Notes: generated from the letters alone by a model not told the origin. 29,404 nt of DNA from Armatimonadota bacterium (GCA_034722055.1 JAYENL010000201.1:1-29404); one strand, 5' to 3'. Shown: positions 17,477 to 26,852, counted from the first letter of the stretch. Numbers and translations: made by a program.

Positions 17477-18760
17477 TCATTGCCGGAGGGCGGGGATCTC
17501 CACGGCGCCGCCCATGTAGGGGCGGAGGACATCGGGAACGGCGATGGAGCCGTCCGCCTGCTGGTAGGTCTCCAGGATCGCCGCCAGGCACCGGCCGCAG
17601 GCCAGGCCCGAGCCGTTCATGGTGTGTACGAAGCGCGGCGAGGCCTCGGGCTCCGGCCGGTAGCGGGTGTTGCACCGCCGGGCCTGGAACTGCCCGTACT
17701 GGCTGCAGGAGCTGATCTCCACCCACCGGTCCATGGCCGGCATGTAGACATCCAGGTCGAAGGTCCGCTCGGGCTGGAAGCCCATGTCGCCCGTGCACAG
17801 AATGGTGCGGCGGTAGGGTAGCTCCAGGCGCTGGAGGATGACCTCGGCGTCGAGGGTGAGCTGCTCCAGCTCTTCATCAGCGGTCTCAGGCTCGACGAAC
17901 TTCATCAGCTCCACCTTGTTGAACTGATGCAGGCGGATCAGCCCCCGGGACTCCTTGCCGGCCGAGCCCGCCTCGCGCCGGAAGCAGGCGGTGTAGGCTG
18001 CGTAGTACAGAGGCAGGTCCTCGGCCGCAAGGATCTCGTCCTGGTGGAGGTTGGTGAGCGGGACCTCGGCGGTGGGGATCAGATACAGGCCCTCGCGGGT
18101 CCTGAACTGATCGTCCTCGAACTTGGGGAGGGTGGCGGTGCCGATGAGCGAGCGGGCGTTGGCGAGATAGGGCGGGATGACCTCCGTGTAGCCGTGCTCG
18201 CGGGTGTGGACGTCGAGCATGAAGTTGATCAGCGCGCGCTCCATGGCCGCGGCGCCGCCGATGTTGACGACGAAGCGCGCCGACGCCATCTTGGCCGCCC
18301 GCTCGAAGTCCAGGATCCCCAGCCGCCTGCCAAGCTCCCAGTGGGGGAGGGGCTCGAAGTCGAAGCTGGGCCTCTCGCCCCGCTCGTAGAGGACCGGATT
18401 CTCGGATTCGTCCTCGCCCTCCGGGACCTCCTCGTGGGGGATGTTGGGCAGCTCCAGCATCATCCGCTCGAACTGCTCTTCGACGCGCTCGAGTTCCTCC
18501 TCCTGCTCCTCGATCTGCCGCGAGATCTCCGCGACCCGCTCCTTGAGCTGCTCGGCGCGCTCGGTGTCGCCGTCACGGAAGGCCTCGCCGATCTGCTCGG
18601 AGAGGGTGTTCTTGTCGGCGCGCAGGTTCTCCACGGCCAGCAGCTCGCGGCGGCGCGCTTCGACCTCGATCAGGCGGTCAAGGTCGTACTCGACGCGGCG
18701 CTTGCGCAGGGCCTCACGGATGAGCTCGGGATGCTCGCGGACGATGCGGCGGTCGATCAT
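17477..18760 (-). CDS. serS: Serine--tRNA ligase
   Basis: [43 protein letters not shown]-terminal coiled coil. Confidence 0.97.
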   Translation of the reverse strand: MIDRRIVREHPELIREALRKRRVEYDLDRLIEVEARRRELLAVENLRADKNTLSEQIGEAFRDGDTERAEQLKERVAEISRQIEEQEEELERVEEQFERMMLELPNIPHEEVPEGEDESENPVLYERGERPSFDFEPLPHWELGRRLGILDFERAAKMASARFVVNIGGAAAMERALINFMLDVHTREHGYTEVIPPYLANARSLIGTATLPKFEDDQFRTREGLYLIPTAEVPLTNLHQDEILAAEDLPLYYAAYTACFRREAGSAGKESRGLIRLHQFNKVELMKFVEPETADEELEQLTLDAEVILQRLELPYRRTILCTGDMGFQPERTFDLDVYMPAMDRWVEISSCSQYGQFQARRCNTRYRPEPEASPRFVHTMNGSGLACGRCLAAILETYQQADGSIAVPDVLRPYMGGAVEIPALRQ

Positions 18761-18791
18761 TGGCGAGTCCTCTCCCTGTGTGGTAACGGCG

Positions 18792-18820
18792 GGCGGGCTA
18801 GGCAGCCCGCCCCTCCGTAC
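18792..18820 (-). repeat. REP-like palindrome family A
   Basis: Reverse complement GTACGGAGG-GGCGGGCT-GCCT-AGCCCGCC. Confidence 0.85.
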
Positions 18821-18906
18821 GGCATCACGTAACGGCGGACCACAACACCAACGGCCGGGCTGGAACGGAGGCCAGCCCCAAACGACACGGCAAGCGCCAC
18901 CATTCC

Positions 18907-18930
18907 GTGGCACGGGCACTCCTGCCCGTG
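18907..18930 (+). repeat. GTGG-headed REP
   Basis: GTGG-CACGGGCA-CTCC-TGCCCGTG. Confidence 0.75.
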
Positions 18931-18971
18931 CGCCGTTTGCCTGCGCCACGACAATGCCTGAGCTGCCGCTA

Positions 18972-19973
18972 TCAAAACGCCACTGCAAGAAACACGCCAT
19001 ACAGCGGCAGGCCCACCAGCAGGGCCCAGGGCGAGAGCTTATCCTGGGAGCGCATGTAGACGTATACCAGAGTGCCCGAGGTCAATGCAATCACCGCGGA
19101 GGCCACGCCGCTGGCGTCCAGGATCCAGGGGGTCGCGAACATCCCGATCGTCACGGGGATGGTGCTCTGGAAGACCATGGCCCCAGTGATGTTGCCCATG
19201 GCGAGCGTGTCCTTGGTGTCGCGCACCCACAGCACGGAGTTGAACTTCTCGGGCAGCTCCGTGGCGATGGGCGTGATGATGATCGACAGCACCAGCGGGG
19301 AGATGCCGGCGTACTTCGCGACATTCTCCAGGTGATCCACAAAGACGTGAGCGCCGACGAAGATGCACCCCAGGGCGATGGCGACCTGGAGGGTCACGTA
19401 GCGCAGCCGCGGCGTCTCGTGGTGCGGCGTGATGCGCAGCGGGTCCATCTCGCAATGCTCAGCGATGGAGGTGCCGGTGCGGAAGTGCAGCCAGACGTAG
19501 TAGACGTAAACGCCGACCAGCACAATGCCGACGGCCCACTTGGCCTCGCGCGTGGGGAGGAAGGAGGCACCGACCGCCACCAGGTAAGCCACCAGGAAGT
19601 AGCCCAGATCGTGGCTGAGCACGTGGGCGTCCACGGCCATGTCAGCGCTCTGCCTGCGGCCCGAGCGCGTGTAGGCGAGCACGCCGATGGCGGTGACCGT
19701 GAAGCCCAGGGTCGCGAGCATAAAGGGCGCCCCCAGGATGCCGCCGGTGCCGATGTCCTGCGCGTCCTCACCACCCTTGATGAAGGCCACAATGGGCACA
19801 AGCGTCTCCGGCAGCGCCGTCCCCACCGCCGCCAGGACGCTGCCGCAGGCGCCGGTGGAGAGATTGCACTTGGCGCCGACCCACTCGATACCGTTCGTGA
19901 ACAGCTCGCAGCCGACCAGAATCACGACCAGCGAGCCAAGAGCAAACACGATCTCCAGCGTCAAGAACGTCAT
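18972..19973 (-). CDS. Sodium:calcium (CaCA family) antiporter
   Basis: About 10 TM segments, alpha-repeat motifs GTALPE and ATELPE. Confidence 0.88.
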   Translation of the reverse strand: MTFLTLEIVFALGSLVVILVGCELFTNGIEWVGAKCNLSTGACGSVLAAVGTALPETLVPIVAFIKGGEDAQDIGTGGILGAPFMLATLGFTVTAIGVLAYTRSGRRQSADMAVDAHVLSHDLGYFLVAYLVAVGASFLPTREAKWAVGIVLVGVYVYYVWLHFRTGTSIAEHCEMDPLRITPHHETPRLRYVTLQVAIALGCIFVGAHVFVDHLENVAKYAGISPLVLSIIITPIATELPEKFNSVLWVRDTKDTLAMGNITGAMVFQSTIPVTIGMFATPWILDASGVASAVIALTSGTLVYVYMRSQDKLSPWALLVGLPLYGVFLAVAF

Positions 19974-19992
19974 CCCTTTCGGAGCACCGCAC

Positions 19993-20187
19993 GGGCCGGA
20001 CAGTGGTCCGGCCCCTCCTTTTGCCAGCTACAAGCTACAAGCCGACGACTAAGGGCGGTAACGGCAGGCGGGCTAGGCAGCCCGCCCCTCCGTACGGCAT
20101 GGTAACGGCATCAACGGCGGGCCGGACAGTGGTCCGGCCCCTCCATGTTGCCACCTACAAGCTGCAAGCTGTAACCTACCAGCTAAC
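19993..20187 (-). repeat. Composite REP/heptamer cluster
   Basis: Two identical GGGCCGGAC-AGTG-GTCCGGCCC-CTCC (19993-20018, 20119-20144), each followed by heptamers, around a family A copy (20067-20095). Confidence 0.85.
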
Positions 20188-20308
20188 GAGTAACGCCGAT
20201 CACGGCACGCGGGCGAGGCAGGCACGCCCCCGTCGGTACGAGGACAACCAGAAGGAACCCCGCCGACTGGGGTCGCCGTCAGCATCCGACGATCGCCGCC
20301 ATCGGCTA

Positions 20309-21769
20309 CTACCCCTTCACGACCGCCATGGGGGTCATGCGGGCCACGCGCCTGGAGATGCCCGCGTCATGGGTCACCGTGATGACGCGGTCCACATCCT
20401 TATACGCGTAGGGGGCCTCCTCCGCAAGGGTCTTCAGGCCCGCGGAGCGCACCGTGACGCCCTGGGCCTCCAGCGCCGCCTGCACATCGCGCCCGTGCTG
20501 ACGCTTGGTGGCGGCCGTCCGGGACATCACCCGTCCGGCACCGTGGCAGGTGGAGCCGAAGGTCTCGCGCATGGCGCCCTCGGTGCCCAGCATCAGCCAC
20601 GAGGCCGTGCCCATGTCGCCGGGCACCAGCACCGGCTGTCCGAGGTCGCGATAGGCCTCGGGCACCTCCGGCCGCCCCGGCCCGAAGGCCCGCGTGGCGC
20701 CCTTGCGATGCACGCAGAGGCGCCGGGTCTCGCCATTGACCTCGTGCTCCTCGAACTTCGCCACGTTGTGGGCCACATCATACACCATCTGCAGGCCGAT
20801 CTGCGAGGTGCCCATGCCCAGCACGCGCTCGAAGGCCTCCCGCACCCAGTGGGTGATGAGCTGGCGGTTGCACCACCCGTAGTTGGCCGCGCAGGCCATC
20901 GCCGAGAAGTAGCGCTGGCCCTCGGGCGAGCTCACCGGCGCGCAGGCGAGCTGGCGATCGGGCAGCTCGATGCCGTACTTGCCCGCAGCGCGCTGCATGG
21001 GCTTGAGGGAGTCATCGCAGACCTGGTAGCCCAACCCCCGGGAGCCGGTGTGGATCAGCACCACCACCTGGCCCTCCCCCTCCACGCCCAGGCGCGACGC
21101 AGCCTCGGGATCGTAGACGCGATCCACGCGCTGGATCTCCAGGAAGTGATTGCCGGAGCCGAGGGTGCCAAGCTGAGGCCGGCCGCGCTTCAGCGCCCGA
21201 TCCGAGAGCGCGTCTGGATCGGCGCCCTCCAGGCAGCCGCCCTCCTCGGTGGCCTCCAGGTCCTCGGGGACCCCGTAGCCCTGAGAGACGGCCCAGCGCG
21301 AGCCCTGCTCCAGGGCCCGGCGCAGCTCCCGCTCATCCAGTCGCACCTTCCCGGACTCGCCCACGCCCGCAGGGACCTCCCGGAACATGTGATCCGTCAG
21401 GGCGTCCAGGTGGCCGCGCACGTCCTGCTCCTCGAGGTCGCTGCGCAGCAGCCGCACCCCGCAGTTGATGTCGTAGCCGACGCCGCCGGGGGAGATGACG
21501 CCCTCCTCGACGTCGAAGGCCGCCACGCCGCCGATGGGGAAGCCGTAGCCGTAGTGGCAGTCGGGCATCGCCAACGACGAGCCCACAATGCCAGGCATGC
21601 AGGCCACGTTCTGCACCTGGGTGAGGGCGGGATCGGTGCGGAGGTCCTTCATCAGCTCCTCGTCGGCGAGCACGATGCCGTCCGTGCGCATGCACGCTGC
21701 CTCGCCGCGGGGAATGCGCCAGTGGTAGTCGTCGATCTTCTCGAGCGTGCCATCGAACTGTTTGGCCAT
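20309..21769 (-). CDS. rtcB: RNA 3'-phosphate/5'-OH ligase RtcB (long, archaeal-like type)
   Basis: MPDCHYGYGFPIGG, VGYDINCG, GTLGSGNHF, HTGSRG, HRKGAT, HGAGR, EEAPYAYKD; GAGGTGG RBS. Confidence 0.96.
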   Translation of the reverse strand: MAKQFDGTLEKIDDYHWRIPRGEAACMRTDGIVLADEELMKDLRTDPALTQVQNVACMPGIVGSSLAMPDCHYGYGFPIGGVAAFDVEEGVISPGGVGYDINCGVRLLRSDLEEQDVRGHLDALTDHMFREVPAGVGESGKVRLDERELRRALEQGSRWAVSQGYGVPEDLEATEEGGCLEGADPDALSDRALKRGRPQLGTLGSGNHFLEIQRVDRVYDPEAASRLGVEGEGQVVVLIHTGSRGLGYQVCDDSLKPMQRAAGKYGIELPDRQLACAPVSSPEGQRYFSAMACAANYGWCNRQLITHWVREAFERVLGMGTSQIGLQMVYDVAHNVAKFEEHEVNGETRRLCVHRKGATRAFGPGRPEVPEAYRDLGQPVLVPGDMGTASWLMLGTEGAMRETFGSTCHGAGRVMSRTAATKRQHGRDVQAALEAQGVTVRSAGLKTLAEEAPYAYKDVDRVITVTHDAGISRRVARMTPMAVVKG

Positions 21770-21795
21770 GGTGTCCACCTCGCCTCTGCCACCGC

Positions 21796-21865
21796 AGCTA
21801 CAAGCTGCAAGCGGCAAGCTATCAGCAACCAGCTATCAGCGGTCAGCAGTCAGCTATCAGCAAAC
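21796..21865 (+). repeat. Heptamer tandem array, 10 x AGCNNNN
   Basis: AGCTACA AGCTGCA AGCGGCA AGCTATC AGCAACC AGCTATC AGCGGTC AGCAGTC AGCTATC AGCAAAC. Confidence 0.9.
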
Positions 21866-21966
21866 GGCGACGACCTACGACAACGAAAGACGGCTCAACC
21901 CCGAACGGACATGCTCCACGGTCCATCGGGCGTCTGCGGGCGGCACGGGCAGCCTCGGCCGGCGCG

Positions 21967-22617
21967 TCAGTCGGGATCGAAGAAGGCGCTGAGGCCCTCC
22001 TCGCCGCCAGCCTGTGTCGGGCGCTCCGGCGGCCGGCAGGCCAGACACCACTGCGCTGAGTCCCGATGATAGACCCCGCAGCCCGGACAGCGGCGGTAGC
22101 CCTGCTCCCGCTTCCATATCTCCGCCCGCGCCCGCCGCAGCAGTATCTCCTCCAGCCGCCGCCGCACCTCCCCCTCCAACTCGGAGGTCACCTCCAGGAT
22201 CGACCGCACCTCCTCCGGCGGCACCGGGATGGCGTCCAGCTCCTCCTCACTCGGGAACTGCTCCTCCTCCGGCTGCGCCGCCTCGGCGCGAGGACGGTCG
22301 CCGATCCCGGCGCTGCTGGCCCGGATCTCCGCCACGAACTGGACGCCCAGGCGCTCGTTAAGGCGCTCGATGATCTGCGGCGCGTCGAGCTGAAGCTGCT
22401 GGGCCCTCGGCGCCGAGTCGCATCGCACGTTGCAGACGCCGTCGCGCACGCTGGTGACGTAGCAGTGGCGCGAGTACCACTCGCCCGCCACCTCCCGCCA
22501 CAGCAGCGCGCACAGCTCCTCCCGCGAGCTCTCGAGCAGCCCACGGCTCGCCAGGAAGGCCTTCAGGGCCTCCCCAACGCTGGTTGCAGAATCGCCTCGC
22601 TCATCATCCATTGCCAT
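21967..22617 (-). CDS. DUF721/DciA-family protein with C-terminal Zn ribbon
   Basis: Follows recF; LWREVAG and AQQLQL..QIIERLN pattern; CPGC..CLAC. Start 22617 or 22611. Confidence 0.82.
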   Translation of the reverse strand: MAMDDERGDSATSVGEALKAFLASRGLLESSREELCALLWREVAGEWYSRHCYVTSVRDGVCNVRCDSAPRAQQLQLDAPQIIERLNERLGVQFVAEIRASSAGIGDRPRAEAAQPEEEQFPSEEELDAIPVPPEEVRSILEVTSELEGEVRRRLEEILLRRARAEIWKREQGYRRCPGCGVYHRDSAQWCLACRPPERPTQAGGEEGLSAFFDPD

Positions 22618-22795
22618 CCACGCGCTACGCGGGACGCGGTTCGCGGCGGCCTCCCCCGCCGACCGCTTCGCGCTCGGCACCCCCTTGAGATGCAAAGCAT
22701 CTCCATGAGACCGAAGGTCTCCGGGGGAACGGCCGGTCGGGCAAGCCTACCCGCCCTCTCCACACGACGAATACGCACGGCAACGGCCAACGGCC

Positions 22796-22824
22796 GGCGG
22801 GCAGGGCTGCCCGCCGCTCCGGAC
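22796..22824 (-). repeat. REP-like palindrome family A
   Basis: Reverse complement GTCCGGAGC-GGCGGGCA-GCCC-TGCCCGCC. Confidence 0.8.
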
Positions 22825-22869
22825 GACAAAGAGCGCACGGCGAGCTCCCCCGGCGACGCCACGGGTCCA

Positions 22870-24000
22870 TCAGGCCTCGGGCGCCTCGACGGAGGCCGGA
22901 TCGCCGGCGTCGATGACGTGCGCGTCGGCGAGCCGCGCCGCCAGATGCTCCGGGCAGCAGGCGCTGGTGACGATCATCTGCTCGCGATCCGCCGACAGAT
23001 CCAGCATCGCCGTGCCGCGCTCGGCATCCAGCTCCGACAGGCAGTCGTCCAGCAGCAGGATCGGCTCGATCTCCGTGCGCGCCACAGCGACCTGGGCCTG
23101 GGCCAGGGTCAGCGCCAGGGCCGCCGTCCGCTGCTGACCCTGCGAGCCGAAGCGGCGCACGTCCACCCCGTCCACCTCCAGCACCACCTCATCCCGGTGC
23201 GGCCCCACCTGGGTGGAGCCGCGCTCCAGCTCTCGCCGGTGCGTCTCCTCAAGCCGCCGGTAGAACTCATCCGCAACCGCGCCCTCGAGCGGCGCAGGCA
23301 CCGAGGGATCGTAGCGCACCGCCAGCTCCTCGGCCCCGGCCCCGAGCCTGCCATGCAGCGGCCCCGCCTCCGCAGCCAGCGACCGCACGAAGTCGCCGCG
23401 GTCCTCCACGATGGGAGCGCCCGCCTCCACGAGCGCGTGCGTCCATGGGGCCAGAGTGCGACCATCGCCCCCGCGCGCCGCGATCCTCTTCAGCAGCTCG
23501 TTGCGCTGGCGCAGCGCCCGGCGATAGCGCGCCAGGTCATCCAGGTAGCGGGCACTCATCTGCCCGATAGCGGTGTTCATGAACCGGCGGCGATTCGATG
23601 GCGAGCCCTTCACCACCTCCAGCGAGCCCACCCAGAACAGCACCGCCTGCACCCGGCCGATGGCCTCCCGCGAGCTCGCCACCTCCCGCCCGTCCACCTC
23701 CACGGTCTTGGCCCCCGACCGCTCCCCGGACGGATCGCCCAGCGTTATCCGCACGCTCAGCTCGCGCCCCTGCCGCACGAAGACGCCGGTGACGCGGCCC
23801 CGGCTCTCACCATGGCGGATCATGGCCCGGGCCCGGCCCGACCGCGGCGTGGTCGTAGTCGCCAGCAGGTAGACGGCCTCCAGCAGCGTGGTCTTGCCGG
23901 AGGCGTTCGGCCCCAGCGCCACCACCAGCCCCGCCGGCAGCTCGACCCTCGCCCGCTCGTAGCAGCGGAAGTTCTCCAGTGTCAGCGACTTCAGGTACAC
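22870..24000 (-). CDS. recF: DNA replication/repair protein RecF
   Basis: L.LENFRCY, GPNASGKTTLLEA, GPHRD, GSQGQQRT, LLLDDCLSELD. Confidence 0.97.
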   Translation of the reverse strand: MYLKSLTLENFRCYERARVELPAGLVVALGPNASGKTTLLEAVYLLATTTTPRSGRARAMIRHGESRGRVTGVFVRQGRELSVRITLGDPSGERSGAKTVEVDGREVASSREAIGRVQAVLFWVGSLEVVKGSPSNRRRFMNTAIGQMSARYLDDLARYRRALRQRNELLKRIAARGGDGRTLAPWTHALVEAGAPIVEDRGDFVRSLAAEAGPLHGRLGAGAEELAVRYDPSVPAPLEGAVADEFYRRLEETHRRELERGSTQVGPHRDEVVLEVDGVDVRRFGSQGQQRTAALALTLAQAQVAVARTEIEPILLLDDCLSELDAERGTAMLDLSADREQMIVTSACCPEHLAARLADAHVIDAGDPASVEAPEA

Positions 24001-24021
24001 GCGCGGCGGGCTCCCAGGAAT

Positions 24022-24056
24022 AGCTGCAAGCTACGAGCTACAAGCTATGAGCTCAC
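24022..24056 (+). repeat. Heptamer tandem array, 5 x AGCTNNN
   Basis: AGCTGCA AGCTACG AGCTACA AGCTATG AGCTCAC. Confidence 0.88.
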
Positions 24057-24128
24057 GACACACGGCAACGGCGTGCAGGCTGCCCGTTGACGACGTACGG
24101 CGGCGTGCGAGATGCGGCGACGGTCGGG

Positions 24129-25340
24129 TCAGCCGAAATCCCGCCACAGCGCGTCCAGCACCAGCATGGCCTCCAGGCCCCACAGGTGGCACCAGGTGTT
24201 CTGGTAATCGCCCGACGAGATGTACCCGTAGTCCACGCCCGCCGGATACTCCGTGAGGTGCGTGCGCTCCATGCGGTCGAGGGTCTCGTCAATCCACCGC
24301 AGGTAGCGCGCATCCTCCGTGGCGCGATAGGCCAGCGCGCACGCCACCATCATCTGAGCCATGCGGTCATAGACGCACACCGCACCGGTACCCGTCTTGC
24401 CGCCATCCCCCACAATCGGCGGCTGCGTGGGATCCAACCAGTCGCGGGTGGTGTGTCGATACCACCCACCGTCATCAGTGCGACTGTGCTCAGCCAACAG
24501 CTCCAGGACCTGCAGAGCGCGGTCCCCATACCGGTCTCCCTCGCCCGCCAGATGCAGCCGCAGGCAGGCCTGGATCATGTTTGAGTTGGTGTGCGTAAAC
24601 TTGACGGTGTGCTCGGGAGGGCCCTCCCCCGGCGTCCCGGCGTAGAACCACCCGCCGTGCTCGGCGTCCCACAGGGCCTCGTCGGCCAGGTCAACGGCCG
24701 TGCGCGCACGCTCCAGGAACCGCTCCTGGCCGGTCGCCTCCCAGATATCCAGCAGCATCAGCGCGATGTATCCCGACCCATAGAGACTCTTCGACGCCCG
24801 GGGGTCGAATGCCCCCGTGTCCAGCACATGGCTCATGACCGCCGCGGCCGGCGCCAGGAAGTCGTCGCGCCGCCGATAGGTGTCATAGCGGATCAGCGCG
24901 CCGACACTGATCATGTTGAACTCGGGGTGGAAGTCGGTGTTCCACTGCCCGGAGTGCGTATTCCACACCAGGTAGAACTGGCGCCGCTCGGGATCGAAAC
25001 CGTTCTCCACCACCCACTGCAGCAGGCCGCGGGCATCATCGAGATGGCGCTCGTCGCCGGTGAGGTCATACAGGTCCATCTTCACCGAGGCGAAGAAGCT
25101 CTGCTGCTGGGTGTGGAAGTTGCCCCGCAGCGGCTTGGTCGGCGGCGTGGCGTCGCTGTTCTGATGGATGGCGCGCCCGCCGAGCACCTCATGCCAGAGA
25201 TAGGCGTCATCCACCGCCACCATGGACATCATGCGCTGGCGCACCCACTCGTGCGAGTGCGAGAGCAGCGGCTCGGCAGCCAGCGACGGGACAGCCACGC
25301 TTGCCACCACAGACATGGCCATGGGCAGACGGAACATCAT
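24129..25340 (-). CDS. Secreted (alpha/alpha)6-barrel protein (AGE epimerase/GH76-like)
   Basis: Signal peptide ending SLA-AE; repeated helix motifs YDLTGDERHL, WEATGQERFL, YRATEDARYL; WDAEHGGW. Confidence 0.72.
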   Translation of the reverse strand: MMFRLPMAMSVVASVAVPSLAAEPLLSHSHEWVRQRMMSMVAVDDAYLWHEVLGGRAIHQNSDATPPTKPLRGNFHTQQQSFFASVKMDLYDLTGDERHLDDARGLLQWVVENGFDPERRQFYLVWNTHSGQWNTDFHPEFNMISVGALIRYDTYRRRDDFLAPAAAVMSHVLDTGAFDPRASKSLYGSGYIALMLLDIWEATGQERFLERARTAVDLADEALWDAEHGGWFYAGTPGEGPPEHTVKFTHTNSNMIQACLRLHLAGEGDRYGDRALQVLELLAEHSRTDDGGWYRHTTRDWLDPTQPPIVGDGGKTGTGAVCVYDRMAQMMVACALAYRATEDARYLRWIDETLDRMERTHLTEYPAGVDYGYISSGDYQNTWCHLWGLEAMLVLDALWRDFG

Positions 25341-25483
25341 GGATCAGACTCCTGCAATCAGTGCCCCCGCTCGGAACACCAATGCCATGCTCCTGCATCG
25401 CCCGTTTGCACAGACGGTGAGGGCACAGACCTCCATCGCCTGTGCCCATGGGTGCTGGCTGGCGGCCGCCGCGCGGGTGGCGG

Positions 25484-26596
25484 TCACATAATCTGCATGG
25501 GCATGATCACGTAGAGATAATCGTCCGACTCCAGCGGCTTGAGCGTCGCGGGCGACAGCGGCTGGGACAGCTCCATAACCACCTCATCCTCAGTCATGGC
25601 CTGCAGCGCATCCAGCAGGTAGCGGGCGTTGAAGGCGATCTCCGGCTCCTCGCCCTCGAGCGTGGCCGGGATCTCCTCCTCAGCATGCCCCACATCCTGG
25701 GAATCGGCGGTCACCGTGAGGCTCCCCTCGCTGCCACGCAGCACCACCCGGTTGGCGTCCTCCCGGGCCACGATGAGCATGCGGCGCAGGGAGTCAGTGA
25801 GCCCGGCGCGGTCCACCGTGACGCGGCGGTCGGTGGCGTCAGGAAGGACCTTCTCGTAGTTCGGGAACTGCCCCTCGATCAGGCGGGAGCCGACTGTGAC
25901 GTTCCCGATCACCACGCGGACCTGGTTGCCCGACAGTTGCAGTCGCACGGGTTCGTCGGACTCCGGCTCCAGCACGCGCAGGACCTCATTGAGAGCGCGC
26001 TCGGAGATGATAGCGCTGCGCGACTCGTCGATGGGGATCTCGGCGGTCATCCTGCGCAGGGCCAGGCGGTAGGTGTCCGTGGCCACGACCTCCAGCCCTC
26101 CAGGAGCGATGTTGAACAGCGCGCCAGTGAGGATGGGCCGGGTCTCGTCGCGGGAGGTCGCGAAGACCGTCTGCGACAGGATGCTATGCAGGTCGCGCTG
26201 GGAGAGCTCGAACTCCAGCGGCTCCTCCATGGGCGGAAGCATCTCGAAGTCCTGTGCCGACATGCCCCGGATGAGGAAGCTGGAGGGCCCCGAGCTGACC
26301 GTGAGGGTGTCGTTCTCATCGGCCTCCAGATGCGTCGTCTCACCTGCGAGAGAGCCCACGACCTCAGTGAGGAGCCTCGCCGGGACCGTCACCGCGCCAT
26401 TGTCGCTGATGTTCGCGTCCATGACCGCCTCGAGGCTGATGAACTCCAGGTCGGTGGCCACGAGGCGCAACTGCCCGGAGCCGCTCTCAAGATAGATGTT
26501 GTTCTGGACCGGCTGAGTGCTGCGCCCGGACACGCCATGCTGGACGGTCTGGACGGCCTCATGCAGCGTCTCCTGAGGGCAAGAGAGATCAAGCAT
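25484..26596 (-). CDS. dnaN: DNA polymerase III beta clamp
   Basis: ATDLE, RPILTG, VATDTYRLA, GQFPNY, FNARYL, YVIMPM; GGAGG RBS. Confidence 0.97.
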   Translation of the reverse strand: MLDLSCPQETLHEAVQTVQHGVSGRSTQPVQNNIYLESGSGQLRLVATDLEFISLEAVMDANISDNGAVTVPARLLTEVVGSLAGETTHLEADENDTLTVSSGPSSFLIRGMSAQDFEMLPPMEEPLEFELSQRDLHSILSQTVFATSRDETRPILTGALFNIAPGGLEVVATDTYRLALRRMTAEIPIDESRSAIISERALNEVLRVLEPESDEPVRLQLSGNQVRVVIGNVTVGSRLIEGQFPNYEKVLPDATDRRVTVDRAGLTDSLRRMLIVAREDANRVVLRGSEGSLTVTADSQDVGHAEEEIPATLEGEEPEIAFNARYLLDALQAMTEDEVVMELSQPLSPATLKPLESDDYLYVIMPMQIM

Positions 26597-26646
26597 CTCC
26601 GGGGGCCTCCTTAAGCAGCCCGCGCAGCGGGTGATGTACAGCCTGT

Positions 26647-26676
26647 AAGTTAACCGCATCTTACCTGACGCGTCAA
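26647..26676 (-). promoter_or_regulatory. Possible dnaN promoter
   Basis: TTGACG-N18-TAACTT about 50 nt upstream of dnaN. Confidence 0.4.
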
Positions 26677-26769
26677 GCTCCTTCGACGTCGCTGGCCGCA
26701 GGACCTTCGCGGGTGTGTATGTATGTGGTCGTGGGTAGTCTGGGCTTTCGGGGACAGGCGGATGGGCAG

Positions 26770-26852
26770 TTATGCACGGCTGTAGTACAGAGGACTTCCA
26801 GTTTAATATACCTTACTACTCCTACTACTCCTGCCGTTGACAGCGTGGACAA
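26770..26852 (-). other. Candidate oriC unwinding module (tandem DnaA boxes, GC, trinucleotide repeats, AT-rich) in the dnaA-dnaN gap
   Basis: Minus strand TTGTCCACG-CTGTCAACG-GC-AGGAGTAGTAGGAGTAGTAAGG-TATATTAAA (26852-26802); opposing box TTATGCACG 26770-26778. Confidence 0.75.

Noticed and set aside
18761..19000. serS N-terminal extension or T-box leader
   Set aside because: The region consists of REP copies and the antiporter 3' end; no T-box consensus seen
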